A DNA stretch of 64,000 bases from contig LPNZ01008239.1 in NCBI GenBank assembly GCA_001655205.1, positions 5,711 to 69,710 of the forward strand, written 5' to 3'. This DNA comes from Lenisia limosa. Lineage: Eukaryota; Protista; Breviatea. Shown here one piece after another: positions 1 through 12,630 of the stretch. Both the position numbers and the translations under genes were made by a program. The notes under the pieces were generated by a model that ran no database searches, was not told where the DNA came from, and was given only the letters and a program-made list of their open reading frames with translations. Numbering within the stretch: the first letter of the stretch is position 1; every line of letters begins with the position of its first letter.

Positions 1-3000
1 CTTTAATATCATGCTATAACTTTTTTTCATAGGTCGTGGCTTTCACTCATTGCCCTAGGCCTTGTGCCAACAGTTCAATACCACGCACTTCACCCAGGGT
101 GCCAGCACGGTCGTGGGCGAGTTGGCCAGATTGACTGACTCTGTTGTGCGGGACTCCTTTGAGTTGGCGGCTGCTTTTAATGATTGACTTGATTACTTCA
201 GAGTATTTCTCATTTCTACAGCTTTATCATCTTCTTAGTTCATAGCACTCTTTATATTCTCGCAACACTATTTTTATACACACCCATAATCTGCAGACTT
301 GCTCATGCATAACAGGACACGGGTTCGCAACCTGACACCTGAGGTTATGCGGGGCCTTGGTGAAATCGACCAGCTGTCCTCAGATTTCAACATCGCTCTC
401 ACTAAGTGTGCACAAAACTGCTTTCATTCGACTCCACTCAGTTGTCAACAGGAAACACTTCTAACAACATAGGGCGCGACATTTGGAAACCTCAAGTCTT
501 CCACCCAGTTCGGAGGGTCCTCCTAGTTATCAAGGTTTGCTCAAGATCACCTTTCAGAAAGAAATGAGAATTTGGGATGCTTTGATGCTCTGTGTGACTC
601 TTCTAGAAGCCTTGGATGACAAAACAAAACTCAGCAATATACCCGTTATCAACTTTGAACCCTACTTTCTGCCGCTTGTTAATAGGTATAGACAGGATAG
701 GCTTTTTCTACACAGGCATTATCCCATTAACGTATTAGACTGTCTGGTACCTCTTTTTCATTTCTCTTTTCTACATCTTTTGTTTTGCCTCGCATATCTG
801 TTTACCTTCAGATGGGTTAGTGACACTGAGAAAAAATGGATGAATTGGACGGACAACGCTCTAAGTGACGAAACTTGGGACCCCAACGCACAACCGGGTA
901 AGTATCATTACTCTTCTATCGTAAACTTGTTTTTTTTTACCTCTTCGCATCATTCTTTAGGCCCTGCACCATCTTGTCACACTGTTTTGACAATGATCAA
1001 CCAAGTGGGTGGATAGGGTTTAATTTTATCATACTGCTGAGGGTTTCTTTGATTCTTTAGATCTTGCCGCTTTTGTCGAACATCACAGCGCAAAGTGCTG
1101 CTCAGGGAGTTCTCTTTCCCATTGCCAATGCGTGAGATGGTTGTTCTTGACTACTTATAATCACTGATGATACGACAAAATGAAATTCATATTATTTCAT
1201 ATGATATGCCCTAATATCATGTGATGGTATTATTTGTGTTAAAAACAAGCATAGATATGGTAATTCTTTGCTTTTGACATTTTAGAGTGGATCGCCTCCT
1301 TGTCCACTACTCAAACAAAATTACACTTGACTTGGGCAACAGGGTTGGTGTCGTATTGAAACCTGTGAAAATTTTCTTTCAACTCTACTCTGATACTGAT
1401 TAACTATTTTAGTTGGCTATGTCATAGTGAATTCATTCTTCTTCTCATCCCATTCAGACGAGCATGCTACCTTCAAGAATGTATCAGAAAGTCGACCGTC
1501 CCAAGTCCACTCTTGGCATCTTCAAGGTTAGCTCTTACTCAAAATTCTTTCCCCACTGACAGCCCTGACAGCCTGTAGGACTCGAAGCCACCACTACCAG
1601 CTTTGCCGCAATCTGCCATCGATCAGCTCGAAAAATTCACTACACAATCGGTGAGCCGTTGTATTCAATTCTTCTGCTACCCCCCCCCCCCNNNNNNNNN
1701 NNNNNNNNNNNNNNNNNNNNNNNNNNNNNNNNNNNNNNNNNNNNNNNNNNNNNNNNNNNNNNNNNNNNNNNNNNNNNNCGCCTATCCTCGCTCTGCTGGA
1801 TGCTCCAGCAAATTCGAACAATCAAGGTTTGGAAGAGGCTAGCAGTTGCACAGAGGATATCGCGAAGTCCTGATATTGTACTATTACCTGGAACTCCTTT
1901 CCCAGCTAATTGGATATCCCCAAAATGAAACATTGTCCTCCTCTACTCAACCGAATCAGACCGTTATCGGTGCTTCTGAGCTTAGACACTCAGGCTTTTC
2001 GGGACTCTCTATCCGCTCTCTATCTCACTTTCCAGGAGCAGCTACTAGGATCGTGTGGATGGGCAGCAGATCTCGGAGAGTCGAATAGAAACCTCTTTAA
2101 AACAGGTCGCTCAGCTATCACCCAGGTTCTGGGGATGTGTACATTTTACCCTACCTCCCAACCATCCCAGCCTCTCATCACGTGCAGGTTGTCAATGGGC
2201 TCTTTGAATTTCTTGCTCGGTTCATTGTCTTCTTCAAACACAGGTTAGGATACTCGAATTATGCCTTTCGTATGTATGATTCGAATTCCATTTCAATTTA
2301 TAGTACGATGTATTATATTATATCTATGATATTCTAATATATCATATGATAATACTGAGCTTTAGATTTGGATAACGATTCTAGTTCCAAGGTTACAATT
2401 CTCTGTTTTGTTTGTTTTAGCTTTCAAGATAAAGCCCATTTGATTGATTACGTGGAGGGTGGAATCTGCATTGTTAAAAAGGTCTCATCTGTCACTCTGG
2501 TGTATTATCCAAATCAATCATTTCTAAGGAGGGGGTACTATTCTTTCTTCTATAATTTGTCTTATCCCTCCCACAGAAAGTCACTGGTGGAGGAGATGTA
2601 CGTCCCATCTATCAAGTACAACAACTGGGCCTCGCTGCAGTCAGGCTTCTATGCTGAGCTTTCTGAGATATGTAGCATAACAAATGTGGAATGTGGTAGA
2701 AATACCTCTGAGACCTACGTAGAAATGTGGTAGGTCAGAGAACCTAATCAATGATAGGCCTTCTCTAGTATCACCTGACAACTCAGCGCCAAGTCGGTTC
2801 TCAGCGGGCTTGTCGAGGGTCTGGACTTTGTACTGTTCTCAGGAGGGAGGTACGTTGCAAAGCAGTTGACCTATCCTCCCATCACCCTTGTCACTTTACA
2901 GACGGCGTGTGTTCTATCCTGATGATTTCAACCAGCTGATCAATGAAGTTAATGTTTGTGGATACCTTTATTTCGTCTTCAGATACTATTTCATTGAGTT

Positions 3001-3480
3001 GACTATTCAGCAAATCCGAGGCTTCTTTGTCGATGAGCAGTCTGACGGCACCATCAATGGATTACATCCTTCAAGTACGTAAATGTCAAGGAATTCCATT
3101 GATATCTTATGTAGTTAATAATATTATCATAGATTTCTGAAATAAGAACGTTTTGACTGTTTTATACATAAATATCAAATGAGAATGTCTAAGTATTTCT
3201 AACTCGAAGTTGTGAACCAGTACCTCATGCCAATATCTTCAATGACTGCCGTTTTACGTGAGCCAAGTGCTGAGCTTATTCGTCGTTTTGACACTGCGGT
3301 GAGTCTCAGTTATTGTTTTTTTTTATTTCTAACACAAAACAGCCTTACAAATCCTCTGTGTCTCAATTCACAAAATCTAATATCTACCGGGTGCTTCTCC
3401 ACCGCGATGACCCTCGTGCGATTAAGTTCAAAAAGAAGGAGAAGAAGAACCATGATATGCTGGAGGCATCAAGAGACTAG
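1..3480 (+). CDS. Munc13-like MUN-domain protein (DUF810/PATROL1-like), 3' portion, multi-exon
   Basis: Joined exons give KWMNWTDNALSDETWDP...VLTMINQILPLL, KSLVEEMYVPSIKYN, AKSVLSGLVEGLDFVLFSGG-RRVFYPDDFNQLINEV and terminal NIYRVLLHRDDPRAIKFKKKEKK...SRD* (TAG 3478-3480). These match my recollection of DUF810/MHD2 C-terminal motifs (VLL.GGP.R.F...D; LRVLCHR.D..A.KF). The 5' end lies outside the window. Confidence 0.75.
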
Positions 3481-3691
3481 TTTTTTGTCAAGTGGTTGCG
3501 TTTTTGTTTTGTTTTTTGTTGCTTTCTGTTATTTATTATTTATTAAAGGTATTTGGGTCACTGCAAAATGAACCTTTTGTGAAAACTCCTATACGTTTGT
3601 TTGGGTGTCTAAATTAACTTGATCATTTCATTCTACAAATAGTACATCATTAAAAAAAATACAGGATAACCATGTAATCCGAGGAATGTAA

Positions 3692-6600
3692 TCACCCATT
3701 CATACGAGGATTCTCCACAAAATTGAACTTTGCTGACCTATATAGTCAAGGCATCAACAAGGACATCTTAGCACCAAAAATGTCTTTCATTTCTCTAATA
3801 TGAAGCCCTCAATAGTTCTTTATCAACCGCATCAACAAACCTTTGGCCATAACAATCTGGGTCGAAGCACTTTTGCCAGCACTGTCGTTTTGAGAGATCG
3901 GCCACCCAGTAAACGCCATTGGACCTAAATATCAGATGCCAGCTGAGGGAAAAGCTTCCTCTACAAACATCAAGAATTCCCTCCAACTTGTGATTCCGTC
4001 CGACATTCAAACAATATCTGCTTGCAGTGATATTGACCCACAGCAAGTCTCCTGCTCCATCTGGCACTTTAATTGACCTGAAAAATAAATGACTCTCATA
4101 CAGGAACCAGCAGCGTCACTCACACAGACACTCAGCGATTATAAAGAAAATGGATGAATTGCTGTCAAATGAGCATGTCCGTAATAGATAGAGCAGCAAG
4201 GGGGGGTGTCAAATGAGCATGTCCGTAATAGATAGAGTAGCAACGGGGGCTGTCAAATGAGCATGTCCGTAATAGATAGAGTAGCAAGGGGGGCTGTCAA
4301 CAGTATATCTAAGAAAATAACTACTGTTATTCAATGAAGAAAATATTTGACCAGAGAGAAGCCTTGGTCAAGCTCACGAGACAACAGCGTTGGGGTCAAT
4401 GATTTTGGCATGGTGCTGGACTGCCGCCTTGGCCTCTTCAACGGTAGCGTTTTGCGATGACGTCTACAAAGTTCAGGGGTTATAATGACATCAATAAACC
4501 AAGCTAAAAACAACTCTAATTAACCAAGAACAATACCATTATTTAATCATACCTCCCCAGGTCGGAATTGCGAGTGTGGGGCTAGAGCTGGGGGTTTTCC
4601 CACAAGAGGAGTCTCGGGCTGAGTCCTAAATGAGGTTATTCTCACTAAGGGGGGTCGTCATATATGATATACATTAGTATTACTTATTTCATGTACTATA
4701 CTATATGCATATACTATATCATATACTACGCCATACTGGGTGTGTGGTATGTCAGGGCATAATTTCAAATGTACATGTATCTATAATATATAATTTATAT
4801 GTAGTAGCTATATGATATGTCCATACCCCATGGGGGTATGGCAAAAAGCCAAATGTATATGATATGATATTATATATGATATTTATAAAACCGTATTTTT
4901 GCCTGGAAAAGAGAATTGAGCCCATCAATCTTTCGGAAAAATTGGCTTTAACATTGGAAGATGTTCAAAATCCATTGAAGATCCCTTGACTATTGTTGAT
5001 CATCAGATCCGTGAGATTAATAGCCTATTTAACTCACCTGTTCTAATGCATTTTTATACCATCATCAATCAGGAATTGTAAAAATGTATTTAGTAATATA
5101 ATTTGTATTATATGAATGGGGGTATGTCATATTTACCTTGTATGTATTATATGACATAAAAACAGGGCTTCCCTACGGTCTGAAAAATACCGTTAAAACA
5201 TCGATATTTATCGAAAATTTATCGAGAAATTCAGTCTTTTTGGGACTGTAGGGAAGCCCTACATATAAATATTTCAATGGGGGCATGTCTAAGGCCAAAA
5301 ATGTATACAATATACAATATGACGACGCCCCTAAGGTATGAGGATTGCTACGCAGTGTGNNNNNNNNNNNNNNNNNNNNNNNNNNNNNNNNNNNNNNNNN
5401 NNNNNNNNNNNNNNNNNNNNNNNNNNNNGTTTTTGGGGGGACTTGAAGCCGAACCGTCCGACTGGAATTCGGATGTCTGAATGAAGGTGCGCCGAAATCG
5501 ATCTGTTTTGTCAGCAACAAGACAATAAGTAAATGCACAAAGTTGCATAACAACTTAATACTACCCCCACAACACCACCAGATCACACTCTCTGCAATTA
5601 TAAGGATTCAAATCATATATCATATCATAGTATATCATATCATATTGTACAGTATCAAAATAGTATGCATATAGTATACTATATCATAGGTCCTTTATTG
5701 TGCCTTTGGTCCAATAATATAGATATTTTTTGGAATAGCTATTGAAGTGAACGCCTACTTTGGAGGGCTCTGTGGTAAAGGCACAAATCGAGGGGACTCC
5801 CATGACGACTGGTTTACTTTGCGAGTGACAATTCTGTACGTGATGTTAGAGAACAATATTATTGTATCATCTCAAAACATTCAAAACTAAGCTCAATTTG
5901 CCACAATGAAAAAGCAAACATAATAAACAAACGTTTTATCTGGAGTCTTGAAAGAAGCAGAGGATGGAAGGATTTTACATCGGGTAGCATGGGCAAACTT
6001 CTTTGAAAGAGAAACGGGAACCCCCTAAAAAGTGAGCACTCATCACGACCAGAAAACGGGTACAACCCAGGAAGCCTACTCTAACAATCAGAGGATTCAG
6101 GCGGTTGGGGCAATACGACGCCATGCTCCAGGCCAGGTCAGCAAAATTCACTTCATCCGACTCCCCATCCGAAGTGGTGAACCTGAACTCTTAGATAAGA
6201 AAACACCTCCTAAGTGAATTGTTCATCAGTCCTCCAAATGTTTTGGCCCCTGTATACTTCGATATAGTAAATTGATATGACATAATGTGCATAATTTCTT
6301 AACTTACGTGGCTTGAACTGGGCTGATGGGAAGCGGAAGTTCAGAAATAAAACGACTTGAGGGTCGCCCAGTTTGACCTAAAACAACTCTCTTGGTGCAA
6401 TCCTGTGAAGGTAAGAGCAAGATGCTGCCATTATAGTAACAATAGATGAAGTCCCCAAACCAGCCAAATTGTAGCTGATTTGGTAAATAATACACCAATT
6501 TTCCTTCCTTAATAATTTTCCAATTTTGTAATAACAAAGATAACACTCACCTGGTCAGAGAATGGCGTGACTGTTGGCGCTGCTTCCTGGAATTTTAGAT

Positions 6601-8908
6601 GCTATGAGCTGAATAGTGAAATCCCCGTCATACGTCATCACCAATGTGGGTATCTTGGGGAGTGGTTTTCGCCTAAGGTGTAAAAATCAATGTTGAAAAA
6701 GAGTGTGTGTTGACCCCCCCCCCCCTTCGGATGGTTTTGANNNNNNNNNNNNNNNCCAGCCCACCTTGTCAGGGTTGATGAGGGAGATATCGAGGTGGAG
6801 TGTCACCGGGCGGAAGAACGCTTGTTTGCCCTGCTTGCTACTCACTAAAAGCCGCAACAGACGGTTTCGGCTATACACCGAACAATCTATAATCGTTGTC
6901 TGCCTTCCTAGGGGGGGGGGGGGTTGGNNNNNNNNNNNNNNNNNNNNNNNNNCGTCAATGACAAGAAGCGCTTTCAGTTCACGCTCTGTTGGCATGGGCA
7001 TGTCGGACACCTTGCCAAAATACAGGGGAACATCAGTCAATGCGTTGCTATCGGTTTGTCCAATATTAGTGACACGAACAAGAACGGAACTTTCTAAATA
7101 GATCACTGCCATGCTCTTGGCTTTGTAGATTTGGTCTTATTACTTCCTAAATAAACCAAAATAAACCCTCATTAAAAGTGGCTCACCAGAGTTTGACGCC
7201 AATGGCACTGAGAGGCCATGTCCATGGGCGGTTTCTTTGGTTCCTGGCACCCTCTCACTCTCAAACACCACCCTGCATTTTGAGTAGCTGGCTAAATAAG
7301 GGTACCCTCTTTATAGCTATGCTGGGGAGGCAAGCTATGTATTGTAAGGCATATGATTGGGTGAATTGATATTATACTATAAATAAACCCATAGATGCCC
7401 ACTTGGACAAGTCGCTGGTCCGAGTTGAGAGTTTAGCAGCCAGCATTATACGGTCAGTGAGAAGGGTGACAAACACACCCGTATCGCCATTAGAGAGAAA
7501 CTGGAAACATGGAAACCTGAATGAATAAGGCTTTTAATTGTACTGAACAGTTTCGCCACCCGTAATAGTTATCAAAATACGAATGGATAAGATCTGAACA
7601 GACAAGGAGGAAAAGCAGTGCAAAGACTATTTACCTGATGATCAGATGCTGCGAGAACTTTGTGTTTGTGGAACTATCGAGAACGCTGATGTGACCTGCA
7701 GGCCTGACGGGTGAAACACATATGAAAAACACACACCAAGGTTACAATGCATTACAAAATACCTACACAATAATTCGCCAAGTGCTGTAAATGACTCGTA
7801 AAATATACGACAAAACACACTGTGTAACCTAAAAATTGTCAAGGAAAGTCAATATAAGAAGAAGGTCAGAAAGAGATAACAACACAAGAGGGTGATTTTT
7901 CACATATGATAAGATATGTAAACAAACCTCATTATCGGATACATGGTTCGGATTTAAGTCCCGAAGATACTCCACATCAAAGTAAAGACAACATGGGGTA
8001 CCCTCCCGAAGAAGCTAAGAAATAAAGGATGCGATGATAGTGACATCTGACTCCACCTCACCTCATAATAAACACGTTTCGCAGGAGAGAGTGTCTATGA
8101 CCATGAGCAAAACAATTTGACTTCAAAAAACCCCTCACTAACCTGGTACTGCTTCCAGAATTCGGGTAGAGTCGTGACGACATACTTCCTTGTACCCCCA
8201 GGTTTACTATCCTAATTATTGGAAGTTAAGTCCATGATAGTAGTAGATCCAACAATAAAGAGCTTCAATGCGGTTAATTTTGAGGAGGAGGAAAGGCATC
8301 AGGCAGCCCACAAACCGATGGGATCTGAGACAGTTGGAAAGAGGAGAGATGTGGTTCAAACGCCAGCACAACTTGTCCGTCTGAATTCAACCTGATGGGT
8401 TACTCCCCAACAATGAATGTTACTATCAAGTATAGAAATTGTCTTAAGCTGAACCCACTTATCAAGTCGCTCAAAAGCCGATTTCTGCCGGCCGAAGACA
8501 TTCCAAAGAGGCACTGGAGACTGCTTAATAAAGACCGGAGTAATACTTGTACCAAATCAATGTTCAAACATATGCCAAATACCAAAACATGGTTGTGTTG
8601 CAAACCTCTTGTGTTTGCTGTGAACCTGACAAGTCATTCTAAAGATATGAGGTGTGAGGAATCTTGATCACGAATATGTGCCTTGTGGCAATCATGCATT
8701 GTTAAATCCATTTGAACTTACCCTCTGTTGGAGTAATTGAGCTTTTTCTTTCAGCTTCTTTGTGACAGGCGACGTTTTTGGGTAAAACCTACCAAGGTGA
8801 ACCAACGGAAAAAAAATAAGAAATATTCCCCAAAAAATGCAATGAAATTCCAACCCACGAGGCAGTTTTCACCAGTGGAACTTCGTTCTTCTTCATTGCG
8901 CCTTCCAT
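3692..8908 (-). CDS. PRIMPOL: PrimPol DNA primase-polymerase (AEP family), multi-exon
   Basis: Motif I LYFDVEY (~7960-7985), motif II LDSSTNTKFSQHLII (~7640-7690), motif III IIDCSVYSRNRLLRLLVSSK (~6850-6900) and C-terminal UL52-type Zn finger YCLNVGRNHKSNGVYWVADL...QKCFDPDC (3860-4020, split by an intron). Start codon is tentative. Confidence 0.92.
4163..4300. repeat. 44-bp tandem repeat, 3 copies plus partial (PrimPol intron)
   Basis: TGTCAAATGAGCATGTCCGTAATAGATAGAG... starts at 4163, 4207, 4251 and 4295. Confidence 0.95.
4645..5335. mobile_element. Putative ~690-bp non-autonomous element with imperfect terminal inverted repeats
   Basis: Left end CTAAGGGGGGTCGTCATAT versus reverse complement of right end CTTAGGGGCGTCGTCATAT (17/19 identical). 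It lies inside the 1.13-kb PrimPol intron 4626-5758. Confidence 0.45.
5164..5260. mobile_element. ~100-bp MITE-like element, copy 1 (PrimPol intron)
   Basis: Terminal inverted repeat AGGGCTTCCCTAC...GTAGGGAAGCCCT. Internal core ATTTATCGAGAAATTCAGTCT is shared with other copies. Confidence 0.75.
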
Positions 8909-9115
8909 TCTACGTAATCATCCATAGCATGTTCCCCCTTAGAATGATAAATGATAGAAGAGGGCGAAGTGTATCATGCTGTGGCTGTGGACATAGAGAA
9001 CTTCTCTGACTCCTTCTGATTCCTGGAATTTCCTTGCGGGGTCAAGTCAGGGTGAGGTGGGGCTCAGGGTATAAATATAAACGTTTATTCTATCAGATGT
9101 CAGTTTTTGGTGTGT

Positions 9116-9183
9116 TGGTGCTCCTTGGTCTGCTTGGTTGGAGGGGGGTGGTGCTCCTTGGTCTGCTTGGTTGGAGGGGGGGG
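9116..9183. repeat. 33-bp tandem duplication
   Basis: TGGTGCTCCTTGGTCTGCTTGGTTGGAGGGGGG at 9116 and 9149. Confidence 0.92.
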
Positions 9184-9699
9184 TTGGTTGAGGGCAGTCA
9201 GGTGTTGGCACAGGAGGATGGATTTTACTGACTGTTCAGACGGCCTGATGGTTATGGCTTGGCTACGGCGCTATGGCGCTATGGCTAAGCTACTAAGCTA
9301 CTGACGCCACCTTGCGCGCCACTGTTTTTGGCACGGGGGTTGTAGTAGAGTATAGGATATTACTACCCCATGGTTTTTGATGTTTGCTAAATAGTAATAT
9401 ATTTCTACTACCCCATTGCTCAGGTTTGCTTGCGCGCTCGTTTTCATTGTTGACGTTTGTTTGTGGTGCTCATTTTGTGCTGACAGAAGAGGCGAAGAAG
9501 CACTCATAAGTCAGAAGAAAGAAAGTTTGCTGGGTTTTGGGGTGGGCCCAAACCCGCTATCGCTAAAGGGGTAGAAATATATGATATAAGCAAGAGAGCA
9601 ATAGTAGTTTATTCAGATTCTCCGCCCAAACCTAGGGATAAACTTGTGTATATTTATAACCCTTGCCCAAATATACTCTATATATATAATATTATATAG

Positions 9700-11197
9700 C
9701 TTGGTTCTTGGATTGGTGTCAGGTATGCTGTAATAATCCTTGTGTAGGGCACCAAAGGTGGCAAGGAGTGTGGCAGGAGTGGCAGACAGGATAAGGTATG
9801 TAGTTCCAAAAAAGGAAATTTGTGAAATGATTTGGACATATATTACATGCTGTTTCTCTCTATGACAAATGATTAGGGATAATAACAGGATTTTTCTTTG
9901 GATTCTTGATGTTAATCAGGTGAGATCGTTTCTATCATGCTGAATCGGCTACAGCCTCTCTTTAGGACTGTGAACACAACCATCTTTTTTGGTCAGTGGT
10001 TATTAATATTTCAACAAGACACGGGATATGTATATGATATACTATATTATATGATATGTATATATACATGTATATGATATGTATCTGATATATAATATAT
10101 GATATCATTTATATGATGTTTAATATAATATACGATATTGATATATTTAAAAAATATATTCATATTCTAATGAAACTTCATCTATCTTCAACTTGATTGA
10201 TAGGAGGACTTCTCAACGTACCTCCCCACTAGGTTCATATTGTGTCAGAGCTTTCGCTGCCTTAAGTTGCCAGCAGTATTTGAGACATCTTCCTTACACT
10301 TTCTCAGGTAAGAATGGTGCAAATTACACCCTTGATGACAACATATCATATAATACATAATACATATAATACTTGTAATATTATGTACTATATTTTCTGA
10401 AATCACATTAGTGCGTTATCGCAATTAATCCAGCCCTGTGTTATCCTGCAGAGAGTGAGGTGACGTCCCTCTGCGAGGGAGGCCGCAACAAGGACTTCTC
10501 ACTGCCGCCACTAGAGAATCTCTCGACCCAGCCATGGCACCACCAGTTGTCCGAGGAATTCAAGCGATGTGACCTTTCATCAAGAGACCAAGGTACCAGG
10601 GCAACATTTTAGATTGATTTAAAGTCCCTTGAATAAGAAATCTGCTTTTATATTGGATAATATTCTATCAAATCATGTTAATCAGAAATAAACCTAGGGG
10701 AATAAGCACATAATACTGCGTTAGAAAATGGGAGTACGAAGAAATAGCCGCCAACCCAGCCAAAAGAATGAACTGAACTTTAGAATTCTACCCTGTTTTT
10801 ATCTAAAGGAACTCTTTTTTTTGCCTTCCACCCCATATAGTAAATATAAAGTTTGCATAACCCATGAATTCAGCACTTTTTGTTTTCTCCAACATATTTA
10901 GGGGCAATTGTAGCTCTGTTCCCGTCTTTACTCTTACAAAACGGTGCAATGCACGCGAAGGCAAAAATTGACCAACTACGTTCGACTACTTGCTGGGAAC
11001 CAGATAAGGTTGAAGGGCTCAAGTTTCCATTGTCTTGTTGATAATTATTCTAACTTATTAGATTCACAACGCCATTGTGTCGGAACCTGGATTACTGGTT
11101 CCGAATGGCCACATTTCAACACTCCAAGACCAACTCAGTGAGGATAAATCCGCTGCTCGTCAAAAAATGGAGTTGCCTGCCCTTATTGCGTTTAAGG
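9700..11197 (+). CDS. Hypothetical multi-exon protein, possibly the N-terminal part of the YgbA-domain gene; weak mTERF-like repeat
   Basis: Phase-consistent exon chain LGSWIGVR-APKVARSV...-ESEVTSLCEGG...DQG-AIVALFPSLLLQN...WEPDK-IHNAIVSEPGLLVP...LIAFK. True start not found. Family not recognised. Confidence 0.5.
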
Positions 11198-11341
11198 TGA
11201 GATTTATGTTGTTTTTACCCTTTCTCTTTTTCTTGTTCCAAGCTTTTTTGTTCTTTTGTTTTTCCTCGAAGATAAAAATGAAATCTATCAAAATATATTT
11301 GAGACGTGGAAATTATGTTATTGAAGGGCATCATTACCTTA

Positions 11342-12381
11342 ATGATTCAGGGAAACGGTAACTCTCCTCGGTTGACTTGGAACAAGCAAAAAACTGGTCA
11401 ACTAAAGGTATCAAGCAGTTTTCAAGTAATATCCCAGTACATTTCTAACCATATAGTATATATATACTAGATATGATTTAGCTATAATATGATAAGTACT
11501 AGTAAAGATCATATGGGATCTCAATTATGAAGGTGCTTGAAGAGTTCTTTCCGACCTTTTGTGACCATCATCATACTGGTATGTTAAGGGGGGGGGGGTC
11601 TTTTCTTGTCGTTCACAAATATTTACTCTCTTAGACCAGAAGAGAGCTCCTCTTGTGTCCCCTCTTTCTGACAAAAAGATGAAGAAAGAGGTTAGAAGCG
11701 TTTTGCTTTGATTTTTTACTTCTTGTTGCTATTTTCCTCTATTTTTTATTTGATATGTATGTAATATAGTAGTATATCATGTAATAGATATCATATGATA
11801 GCATATGATATCTATCATACAGTAGTATTGATTTTTCCTTCAGCGGCTTCTTTGTGAAGACTGTCAAGAGCTATTTGATTACGCATCGGGTCAACTCGCA
11901 GCATGCAAAATGAAGCCTAAACCGTGGGGAGCTTAAACAACACATGGTATTGAACATGTTCTGGGCTTCTGGTTTATTGAATTTGCTCAGTTATCTAGGA
12001 TTTTGTGAGGAGCTGTATTGCGACATACTATATCATCTACTATAATATGCATATTAGTATTTTTCATAATAGTAAATATGTCATAATACTATTGAATATC
12101 ATATCAAATAATTGAAATGGCGTAGTATGATAATCGAATACCGCATTCTTAACATGATATCACCAAATCCAGGTCCTGTAAATTCTGCCCAGACCATTGC
12201 TTTGACGAAGCTCATCGACAAAGAATGAAAGAGGTCGGAGGCGCATTTATCTGATATCCTAATCCCATTTTGGCTTTCCTCTGGACCCTTGTTCTCAAAT
12301 ATGCAGGTCATGAAGTGGACAGGAATGCACTTTGTCCGCAAGGGGCGTCTTGATTGGTGCCTAAAATATTTCATGGGGTGA
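11342..12381 (+). CDS. ygbA: YgbA-like ('nitrous oxide-stimulated promoter' family) Cys/His-rich protein with 5 internal introns
   Basis: Spliced: MIQGNGNSPRLTWNKQKTGQLK|VLEEFFPTFCDHHHT|DQKRAPLVSPLSDKKMKKE|RLLCEDCQELFDYASGQLAACKMKPK|PSCKFCPDHCFDEAHRQRMKE|VMKWTGMHFVRKGRLDWCLKYFMG* (TGA 12379-12381). All junctions are GT-AG and in phase. It carries the family pattern C..HH / LC.EC..L..YA....C / KP.C..C..HC / M..VM. Confidence 0.8.
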
Positions 12382-12630
12382 GGCTTTTTCTCTTTTTGAC
12401 ATTTTTTTCTCTTCTCTGAACGTTTTTTGGCCTTTTTCTTATTTATTATTATGTTTTCCCCAGGAGTATTTGCGATCAGAACATCTCCCCCCCCCCTCCT
12501 TTCTACTCAACTAAAAGAGAACAGGTATTAGAATTCAACTGTAGACAAGATGTGGCTGGTATTATAAACAGAACGCTAATCGCCATTCTTGACATCTCAG
12601 ACTTGGATAAACAAGGATACATAAAAAATT

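Noticed and set aside
33-2800. Apparent in-frame TGA/TAG codons suggesting stop-codon reassignment or a pseudogene
   Set aside because: Each is removed by alternative splice-site choice. Conserved Trp positions in LIS1 and STRAP use TGG, and RABL2, the Sar1-like gene and YgbA end in TGA.
5030-5048. Possible 5-nt micro-exon in PrimPol (AG|AACAG|GTGAG on the minus strand)
   Set aside because: The flanking exons already join in frame without it.
9298-9507. Minus-strand ORF MSASSPLLSAQ...
   Set aside because: It runs through promoter-like repeated motifs, and no phase-consistent link to PrimPol exons was found.
11061-11140. Frame reading VGTWITGSEWPHF, amidohydrolase-like
   Set aside because: Not in phase with the neighbouring exons, and no other amidohydrolase motifs are present.
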